DNA of 64,000 bases from Bradymonadia bacterium (GTDB lineage: Bacteria; Myxococcota_A; Bradymonadia; UBA7976; UBA1532): positions 1-64,000 of the forward strand of contig JBKAGE010000040.1 of NCBI GenBank assembly GCA_046290225.1. Reading direction: 5' to 3'. Below, in pieces: positions 56,959 to 64,000 of the stretch. The translations under genes were made by a program, and so were the position numbers. The notes below the pieces were generated by a model that worked only from the letters and a program-made list of their open reading frames with translations, ran no database searches and was not told the origin of the DNA. The first letter of the stretch is position 1. The number at the start of each line of letters is the position of its first letter.

Positions 56959-58542
56959 TCACACTGGCGGCAGGGTGATCGACCAAATCGATGCACCCTC
57001 TCGATCTCGCAGTGTCACCGTCATGACCTTGCTCTGGGGTTCGATCTCCACCTCACCGAAGAATTGCAGCCCTGCCGACGGCGACAGGTTCTTGATGGCC
57101 CCTGCCGCTTTCTGAAACCTCACCTCAGGGCCAAAGGTCGGATCGAGATCGTTGGGGCCGAAGGTGCCCGCATGGAGCGGCCCGGCGACGAACTCCCAGA
57201 AGGGTTCGAAGTCCACCCCCTGCCCGCGACTCGGATCATAATGATGGGCTGCGGCGTAGTGCACGTCGGCGGTGAGCCACACCACGTTCTTCACCCCAGC
57301 GGCCTTCATCTCCGTGAGCAGCGCGGCGAGCTCCAGCTCCCGCCCCTTCGGGGTACCCGGCTCCGCGTTGGCCACCCCTTCGAATGCCGTGTCGCCATGC
57401 CTGATCACCACACCCACGGGGTTGCCCACGGAGATGATCTTCCACGTGGCCCGCGAGGCCTTCAGCTGCTGCACGAGCCAGCGGCGCTGCTCGGCCCCCA
57501 GCCACTGGGTGTAGTCGCCTTGGACGGTTTGGGTGTTGTGGGTACTGCGCCCTCGGTGGCTGCGGTTGTCGAGCACGAAGACCTCAGCGAGAGGCCCAAG
57601 GGGCACCACACGGTAAATGCGCTCAGGATCCACAGCAGACCAGCGCAGAGGTGTGTACTCCACGAGGGCCCGCCGCGCCCGCGCACGGAGCAACTGCATA
57701 CTGCGCACGGTGGGGTAGTGCGCTGTGCTGCGCCAGATCTCTCCACATGGGTGCCAGTCGTTGGTGATCTCGTGATCGTCCCAGGTGATGATCTGCGGCA
57801 CCTGTGCGTTGAAGCGCCTCAGGTGATCGTCCATGAAGTTGTATCGATAGCGGCCCCGAAACTCGTCGAGGGTCTCCGCAGCCTTCGAGGTGGCTTCGGT
57901 GACGATGTTGCGCCACACCCCACCTTCGGGCAGCTGAACCCGCTCGGGGATCGGCACGTCGGCATACATCATGTCGCCACAGTGCACGAAGACGTCGGGA
58001 TCACGCTCAGCCATGGCATCGAAGATGCGATAGCCACCCGCCTCGGGGCTGATGCCGTATCCCTGCCCTGCGATGTCGCCACCCCACACAAGGCGCAGAG
58101 GCTTCGACGGTAACCCCCCAAGCCGCTCTGGCGTACGAAACCGCCCCTTCATCGGGGCGCTCACGGTCTTCAAATCAGCGAGATCTTCACACCAGAGTTC
58201 ATAAAAGACCTGCTGGCCCGGCCGCAGCTGCTTCAAATCGAGGCGCCCGGTGAAGTCGCTCGCCGAGAGCACCTCGGGCCCCGCCACCGTCACCGCGTCG
58301 GCCATGGATTCGGTGTAGGCATACCGCAGCCTCAGTCGCGCCGGACGATCGGCCCGAGCCCACAACACAGCTCGATCGGGCCCCACATCCCCCGATTGCA
58401 CACCATCAGGCAACATCGGCCTGCCGGTGATCACCCCAGGGGCTTGCCGGCGCATCAGTACCCCAGCGAGGGCGGTCCCGCCGGCCACGCCAGCGGCCAG
58501 TGACACACCATGTCGCAGAAACGTTCGCCGATCTGAACTCAT
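56959..58542 (-). CDS. phoD: Alkaline phosphatase D
   Basis: Tat DRRTFL; GVQSGD, HCGDMMYAD, WDDHEI, LDNRSHR, LTADVHY, GPLHAGTFGP. Confidence 0.93.
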   Translation of the reverse strand: MSSDRRTFLRHGVSLAAGVAGGTALAGVLMRRQAPGVITGRPMLPDGVQSGDVGPDRAVLWARADRPARLRLRYAYTESMADAVTVAGPEVLSASDFTGRLDLKQLRPGQQVFYELWCEDLADLKTVSAPMKGRFRTPERLGGLPSKPLRLVWGGDIAGQGYGISPEAGGYRIFDAMAERDPDVFVHCGDMMYADVPIPERVQLPEGGVWRNIVTEATSKAAETLDEFRGRYRYNFMDDHLRRFNAQVPQIITWDDHEITNDWHPCGEIWRSTAHYPTVRSMQLLRARARRALVEYTPLRWSAVDPERIYRVVPLGPLAEVFVLDNRSHRGRSTHNTQTVQGDYTQWLGAEQRRWLVQQLKASRATWKIISVGNPVGVVIRHGDTAFEGVANAEPGTPKGRELELAALLTEMKAAGVKNVVWLTADVHYAAAHHYDPSRGQGVDFEPFWEFVAGPLHAGTFGPNDLDPTFGPEVRFQKAAGAIKNLSPSAGLQFFGEVEIEPQSKVMTVTLRDREGASIWSITLPPV

Positions 58543-58548
58543 GCATAC

Positions 58549-59751
58549 CTACTGAGCGAAAAAGGCTTTGATCTCGTCGCGGTGGCGTCGAGCAGTCTCC
58601 TGGCCGAGGGCCACCAGACGGCGGGTATAGCCTCGATCGAAGAGCAGATACGAGGCCAGCCCACCGAGGGCATGAAAGTCACCGCGGGCCATGAGCTTCA
58701 ACGCCCGATGCCATCGCCAGCCCAGGGCGACTTTGCTCTCGGCGCTCTGCAAAAATCGAGTCGCCTCTTCAGCAGGCCCTCGATCTTCAGGGGGCTGCAA
58801 CACCAGCACCTTCGCGGGGCGATACCGCTCTCCCCTGCGGCGGAGCGCCACAATGTCGTGAAAGCGTTGTGCCATCTCAGGGCTCAGGGCCCCCTCCACG
58901 TCGGCGAGTAGCTGATTGAGGCGAGCCACCATGTGCAGATCCCCCTGCATCCCGTCGACGAGCAGCGCATCGAGTAAGCGCCCGGCGAGATAGAGCGGGT
59001 TGGCATAGGCCGCTTCGTTTTTCTGCACCGCGTCGCGGCGGCTCTCTCGGTGCAACGAGACCACCACCAACCGATCCACCCCCGCACGCAACGCGGGGGC
59101 GATGGGTGTGTTCAGCCGCACCCCACCGTCGACATAGTGCGCACCGCTGACCAGATGTGGCGGAAACACCAGAGGCATCGCCGAAGACGCACGCACATGA
59201 TCAGGGCCGATCACGCAGTCTTTGATGGAGAGCCGATCGTTGTGATTGTTCAGCGGTTTCTGCCCTGCACCGCGCTGTACGAAGACATGGGTACGCCCTG
59301 TGCCCACGTGCAGGGCAGGCACGATGAGGGCCTGGAGCAACCCCGAGTCACAGTGCCTCTGCACACCGGCCCAGGGCACCTCTCCCTCGATGATGCGCGC
59401 CACAGGCCCGGGGTCGAGCATCGAGGGCATCCGCCCCCGACCAGCTCGCAACCCACCTGACAACCCCAACAAGGTCGCGATGCCCCGAAAATCAGGCCGC
59501 ACCATCTGTCGCATCGAGGGCGTGGTGCACCACATCTGCGCCAGCGCATCCGCCCCCATGTCACCGCGGTCGAGCTGTCCTGCCAGAAACGCCGCATTGA
59601 GCGCACCCACCGAGGTGCCCGAGAACACACAGAATGGCGCCGAGTCTCCAGCCCGCAGCCCCAGCGCCTCCACCAGCCCCTGAAGCACCCCTGCTTCATA
59701 GGCCCCACGAGCCCCACCACCAGAAAGAACGAGCGCAGTCCGTAGAGTCAT
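58549..59751 (-). CDS. Patatin-like phospholipase
   Basis: SGGGARG, GTSVG, ASSAMP, DGG. Confidence 0.93.
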   Translation of the reverse strand: MTLRTALVLSGGGARGAYEAGVLQGLVEALGLRAGDSAPFCVFSGTSVGALNAAFLAGQLDRGDMGADALAQMWCTTPSMRQMVRPDFRGIATLLGLSGGLRAGRGRMPSMLDPGPVARIIEGEVPWAGVQRHCDSGLLQALIVPALHVGTGRTHVFVQRGAGQKPLNNHNDRLSIKDCVIGPDHVRASSAMPLVFPPHLVSGAHYVDGGVRLNTPIAPALRAGVDRLVVVSLHRESRRDAVQKNEAAYANPLYLAGRLLDALLVDGMQGDLHMVARLNQLLADVEGALSPEMAQRFHDIVALRRRGERYRPAKVLVLQPPEDRGPAEEATRFLQSAESKVALGWRWHRALKLMARGDFHALGGLASYLLFDRGYTRRLVALGQETARRHRDEIKAFFAQ

Positions 59752-59796
59752 GATCCGACTCTACTCCAAGTCATTGAATCTTGTGCTCCACATCCC

Positions 59797-59892
59797 TCAA
59801 ACCTGGAACCCACCTCAAACCAAACCCACATCAGGCCTCGCCCACTCAAACCGAACTCACATCAAACCGAACCCGCATCAGGCCGAGCCCGC
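59797..59892. repeat. Degenerate intergenic about 16-bp tandem array (6 units, consensus TCAAACCGAACCCACA)
   Basis: Units start at 59797, 59815, 59831, 59846, 59862, 59878. Confidence 0.7.
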
Positions 59893-60058
59893 GGAGGGGC
59901 GTCAGCCACGGGAGTGGTCGACTGAGTCGTGAGGTGTGGTGTGTGAGTGGCGGCTCACACCGGAGGCGTAGCCAAAGGCTACGTCGAGGATTGAGACGCC
60001 GCTCAGACGCCGCAGATCGCGGCTCAGGCGGCCGCTCACGGGGCTGACGCCCCGGAGC

Positions 60059-61084
60059 TCAGAGGACGTTGAAGGTCGCGGAGAGGAGCAGGCCGTTGGT
60101 GACCTGCCAGTCGCGGACGATGAGGGGAATGCGGCGGGCCTGGAGCACGTAATCGAGGGAGGCCCACTTCGAGAGCTTCACCGCCAGCTTGGCGTTGAGC
60201 TCGGTGTTGAGCAGCTCGGCGCCTTCCAGATCAGTGTCCACGCTGGTGATGATGGGGTAGAGCAGGTTTGCAGAGAGGGTGTAGCTCACCTGCTCCGTGA
60301 GGGCGCCCGTGGCCTCTGCCTCGATCTCGGCACCGACCTGATTCGTCGACTCGATCTCAGTCACGGTGATTTGCTTGTCGTTGCCGTCGGCAGCATCAGT
60401 CTCGTCGGTGATTGCGAAGCCGCCCTGCGACACGATTTGCTGAGCACCAGCACCGAGCGTGGCCGTGAAGCGGATCGACTTCTCGTCAACCGGGCGGCCG
60501 AAGAGACCTGCGGACTCCCTGAGCAGCATCGGCTCGAAGGCGCTGGTGAGCTTGATGCGGCGGCCAGGACCCAGATCAGCCTGGTTGACGTCGCCGACGA
60601 CATCCACCTGCTCACCGCGGATCAGGTACCCGTTGAGAGCCTGCGTCTGCAGGCGACCACGAGCGAAGGGGCCGAGCCAGTCGATGCTTTCCAAGCGGTA
60701 GAGGTACATCGAGGTGATCTCGAGGTTGTCTGCCGTCTTCACAAAGGGGTCGATGCTCGGCGTCTTCGTCTGCTGGTGGTTCAAGGCCAGCTTGTTGTTC
60801 CACTCGTGCTGGCCCGACTTGAGGGAGGCCTCACCATTGATCAACAGCCCGACCTGGTAGGTGGTGCCGTCCACAGCACCGACCACGTTGCTGCTCGAGT
60901 TCACCGAGATGTTGCTGCCCACCTCGAGGCGGAACTTCCAGCCTTCGGCGTTGGCGGCCTCGTCGGTGGCGGCGGTCATCTTGTCCACCACCTCCTGGCC
61001 CTTGATGTAGTCCTCGGTCTGTGCCAGCGCATGCCCGCCGGAGAGCACCCCGAAGGCTGTGATGATTGCTGCAACGCGCTTCAT
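60059..61084 (-). CDS. Outer-membrane beta-barrel protein (DUF3078/DUF481-like)
   Basis: Signal peptide ALA-Q; alternating beta-strands; FVKTADNL; C-terminal LLLSATFNVL; GAGGAG before ATG 61084. Confidence 0.75.
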   Translation of the reverse strand: MKRVAAIITAFGVLSGGHALAQTEDYIKGQEVVDKMTAATDEAANAEGWKFRLEVGSNISVNSSSNVVGAVDGTTYQVGLLINGEASLKSGQHEWNNKLALNHQQTKTPSIDPFVKTADNLEITSMYLYRLESIDWLGPFARGRLQTQALNGYLIRGEQVDVVGDVNQADLGPGRRIKLTSAFEPMLLRESAGLFGRPVDEKSIRFTATLGAGAQQIVSQGGFAITDETDAADGNDKQITVTEIESTNQVGAEIEAEATGALTEQVSYTLSANLLYPIITSVDTDLEGAELLNTELNAKLAVKLSKWASLDYVLQARRIPLIVRDWQVTNGLLLSATFNVL

Positions 61085-61145
61085 AATCCACTCCTCAAAT
61101 GCGCCCGATGTGTCACGTGACGCCATCTTCCACTCAAATGTGTGT

Positions 61146-61949
61146 TCAGCCCAATTTGCCGTCGACGTGTACATCCATCTGGGGGTACGGGATCCCGATG
61201 CCTGCCTCGTCCAGGGCGGTCTTGATCGACTCGTTCAAGCGCTCGGTCATGGGGAAAAACTCGCCAGAAGGCACCCAGACACGCACCGTCCAGTTCACCG
61301 CCGAGTCGCCGAGGCTGGCGAGCACCACCGCCGGGGCAGGCTCGGAGAGGATGTCACCTCCGAGGCCGTCAACCACCGACTGCAGCACCTCTCGGGTACG
61401 GCCCGTGGGGGCGTCATAATCGACGCCGACGTCCACCGCCACGCGGCGGGTGTCGTGGTAGCTCACGTTCTCGATGTTGCCGCCAAAGATGTTCTTGTTC
61501 GGCACGATGAAGCGGCGGTTGTCGGGGGTGTCGATCTCCGTGACCATCAACCCCAGAGTCGTCACCTTCCCGGTGACCCCACCGGCGGTGACCACGTCAC
61601 CCACCTTGAAGGGGCGGAACACCAGCAGCATGACCCCGGAGGCCAGGTTCGACAGGGTGCCCTGGAAGGCCAGGCCGACGGCCAGACCAGCAGCACCGAT
61701 GACCGCAGCGAAGCTGGTGGTCTCGATCCCGAACAGGCCCAGGATCGCCAGAATGACCATGGTGAGCACACCGAGGCGTGTCAGGCTGCCGGTGAACCGG
61801 GCCAGGGTCTCATCGTTGGTGCCTTTGCGAATGGCCTGTGCAGCCACAGCGCCGAGTTTCTTGCTGATCGATGAGCCGATCATGAAAACCAGGATGGCCC
61901 CGATGACCATACCGCCGTACTTCACGATCATGTCGATGTACTGATCCAC
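61146..61949 (-). CDS. mscS: Small-conductance mechanosensitive channel
   Basis: GAAGLAVGLAFQGTLSNLASG, RPFKVGD, VPN, GIGIPYPQ. Confidence 0.95.
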   Translation of the reverse strand: MDQYIDMIVKYGGMVIGAILVFMIGSSISKKLGAVAAQAIRKGTNDETLARFTGSLTRLGVLTMVILAILGLFGIETTSFAAVIGAAGLAVGLAFQGTLSNLASGVMLLVFRPFKVGDVVTAGGVTGKVTTLGLMVTEIDTPDNRRFIVPNKNIFGGNIENVSYHDTRRVAVDVGVDYDAPTGRTREVLQSVVDGLGGDILSEPAPAVVLASLGDSAVNWTVRVWVPSGEFFPMTERLNESIKTALDEAGIGIPYPQMDVHVDGKLG

Positions 61950-62239
61950 GTTTGATCTCCTACCTCAGTGTTCGACTGCCCAGTGTGACAGCCGCGGCCA
62001 TACTATTTGCCCCTAACACCATTATCAACACAATTACCTACAAAAACCTACACAACCTCTGTATGTTGCTTTCGTCGGTTGCCCTTCACTGACCAGCGCC
62101 CATGGCAAAAGTCACACGGCGCTTCGAAAAACATCGAGTGAAGGGCGCGGTTGAACAGCACTCGTCGCCGGGTTATGCCGGGGGTGAGCAGCGGAGTGTG
62201 GATGCATAGACTCGACCGGGCAGGGGTCAGGGCATTGTC

Positions 62240-62842
62240 ATGAAGCCCATGAATACCCTCTCAGATGCAGAGCTCCTCGCCCTCTTGCAGGGTGACGGGC
62301 CGGCTCCACCCGGGGCCTTCGAGTTGTTGGTCAGCCGTCACCAGAACCACGTGCGGACCAACTGCAGACACCTCACCAGGGCCCCCCAAGATGCGGACGA
62401 CCTCGCTCAGGAGGTCTTCGTCAAGGCGTGGTTCGCCCTCGGGCGGTTCGAAGGGCGCTCGTCGTTCAAGACCTGGATCAAGCGCATCAAGGTGAACCAC
62501 TGCCTGAACTACATCGAGAAGCGGGGTGGGCGCCGTTTCGTCGACATCGACGACACCGCAAAGGCCGAGCCGCCGGAGATGCAGGTGGCCCCCGACGGTG
62601 AGCAGTCAGTGCACCGTGCGGAGATCAGACAGGCCATCAGCGACATCCTCGACGAGCTGCCCGACACCCTGCGGCTGCCTCTGGTCATGCGCGAGATCGA
62701 CCAGATGTCGTACCAGGAGATCGCCGACACCCTCGGAGTGAAGCTGTCGGCGGTGAAGATGCGCATCAAGCGGGGCCGCGAAATGTTCCGGGGGCTCTAC
62801 GACGCACGGATCAACGCCGGGAGGGTGCATGAGCACGCTTGA
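62240..62842 (+). CDS. ECF sigma-70 factor
   Basis: DADDLAQEVF, FEGRSSFKTW (region 2); SYQEIADTLG...VKMRIKRGR (region 4). Confidence 0.95.
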   Translation: MKPMNTLSDAELLALLQGDGPAPPGAFELLVSRHQNHVRTNCRHLTRAPQDADDLAQEVFVKAWFALGRFEGRSSFKTWIKRIKVNHCLNYIEKRGGRRFVDIDDTAKAEPPEMQVAPDGEQSVHRAEIRQAISDILDELPDTLRLPLVMREIDQMSYQEIADTLGVKLSAVKMRIKRGREMFRGLYDARINAGRVHEHA

Positions 62843-63122
62843 CGACGAAGATCCGGAGCTGGGCGCGCCTCTCGATCTCCTGCGCGAATTCGGTGTCGAA
62901 GAAGACGACGCGTTTCATGGCCGGGTGCACCGGCGCATCGAACGACGACAAGTGACCTCAGACCTGGCCGATTTGCTCTGGTCAGGACCCCAGACGCTCC
63001 TCGGCGAGCTCTTCAGGGCGCTGTTTTCTGGCCCTGACTCGAAGACAGGAGCGTCAGATACAGCAACGCCAGATACAGCGACATCAGACTCAGATGATCC
63101 TCCAGAGAGGAGTGAGCAGTGA
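62829..63122 (+). CDS. Small acidic protein, putative anti-sigma factor
   Basis: Overlaps the ECF stop and the next start; 97 aa, no clear TM. Confidence 0.65.
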   Translation: MSTLDDEDPELGAPLDLLREFGVEEDDAFHGRVHRRIERRQVTSDLADLLWSGPQTLLGELFRALFSGPDSKTGASDTATPDTATSDSDDPPERSEQ

Positions 63123-63979
63123 AGGACGACGTAGGCTCATTGACTGATCGGCTTCAGGCCACGGTGATGGGTTGGGTAGAGTCAGTGGTGGCCGCTGCCC
63201 CCAAGGTGCTCCTCGGCATCTTGCTGGTGGTGGTGGCCCTGATGGTGTCGAAGCTGGCCCGCAAGTTCCTCGGTGGGCTGCTCAAACGCATCAAAATCGA
63301 CGAGGCCCTGGTGAAAGCCGGCCTCGACGCACCGCTCAAGCGCCTTGGGCTGGCCCAGCCCAGCGAGTGGATGCCCAGAGTGGCCCATGCGCTGTTGCTG
63401 TTCCTCTTTGCGGGGGCGGCTGCAGACGCCCTGGGCCTCGACGCCGTGGCGGCAGCCATGGGCCGCGTGCTCGATTACCTGCCCAACGTGCTCGCCGCCC
63501 TGGTGCTCGTGGTGGCGGGCTCCTGGGCCGGGCAGACTGCCAGCGCAGTGATCCGCCGGGCCACCGAGGCCTCGTCCATCGACTTCGGCCCCGCCCTGGC
63601 CCGCTTCGTCTCGGGCATGGTGGTCTTCGTCTTCGCCCTCACCGCCGTGGGGCAGCTGAAGATCGACACGGAGATCGTGCGCATCTTCACCGCCTGTGCC
63701 CTCGGCGCCATGGGCATCGCCTTCGGGTTGTCCATGGGCCTGGGCTCGAAGGACATCACCCGGAACATCCTCGCAGGCTTCTATGCCCGCAAGCTCTTCA
63801 AGGGGGGCGAGACGCTCACCCTCGGGCAACACACGGGCCAGCTCGACCGCATCGAAGCCACCCAGACACTCCTCCGCACCGACGATGGGCTGCTCACGCT
63901 GCCCAACACGGTATTTCTCGACCTGACAGTGAAGGCAGGCGCAACCGGCAAGAATGCCACTGGTCAAGACACACTTTGA
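63119..63979 (+). CDS. MscS-like channel with TM_helix repeats (CmpX-like)
   Basis: Two PxVL(A/L)xxxLVV TM_helix repeats; AFGLSMGLGSKDITRNILAG; TLPN. Confidence 0.82.
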   Translation: MKDDVGSLTDRLQATVMGWVESVVAAAPKVLLGILLVVVALMVSKLARKFLGGLLKRIKIDEALVKAGLDAPLKRLGLAQPSEWMPRVAHALLLFLFAGAAADALGLDAVAAAMGRVLDYLPNVLAALVLVVAGSWAGQTASAVIRRATEASSIDFGPALARFVSGMVVFVFALTAVGQLKIDTEIVRIFTACALGAMGIAFGLSMGLGSKDITRNILAGFYARKLFKGGETLTLGQHTGQLDRIEATQTLLRTDDGLLTLPNTVFLDLTVKAGATGKNATGQDTL

Positions 63980-64000
63980 GTCCATTCGAAACGCGTGGAA

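Noticed and set aside
59797..59892. CRISPR array (also considered for 41321-41410 and 52479-52508)
   Set aside because: Units are contiguous without unique spacers; no cas genes
63976..64000. Possible next CDS starting TTG overlapping the CmpX-like stop
   Set aside because: Only 25 bp visible; cannot be supported

Overview
High-GC bacterial window. Gene content (Ser/Thr kinase, FHA protein, MopE/RCC1/FG-GAP/Cys-rich lipoproteins, many secreted hydrolases, a close homologue of the Anaeromyxobacter globin-coupled kinase) points to a Myxococcota/Bradymonadia-like predator. It holds about 48 CDS. I saw no rRNA, tRNA, CRISPR array or transposase. Main candidates: (1) An MNIO (DUF692)/DUF2063 RiPP operon at 23129-25164. 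Its precursor has a lipobox and ten (E/D)K(G/S)C(S/N)G repeats, suggesting a membrane-anchored, Cys-modified metal-binding RiPP. It follows a TGTAAC-N16-CGTA ECF-type promoter that recurs with the same spacing upstream of a triple-spondin lipoprotein gene 20 kb away. (2) A stand-alone AAC(3) / DltA-like adenylase / ACP / DUF4910 / two-methyltransferase module at 37609-43457, probably for glycan aminoacylation. (3) A globin-coupled O2-sensing phosphorelay. (4) Non-coding elements: a 163-bp TA-ended MITE, an inverted (GTGCCC)n REP doublet and a 16-bp intergenic array. (5) An ECF sigma factor between two MscS-type genes and a beta-barrel gene. All family calls come from motif recognition by eye, not database searches, and start codons are best guesses.
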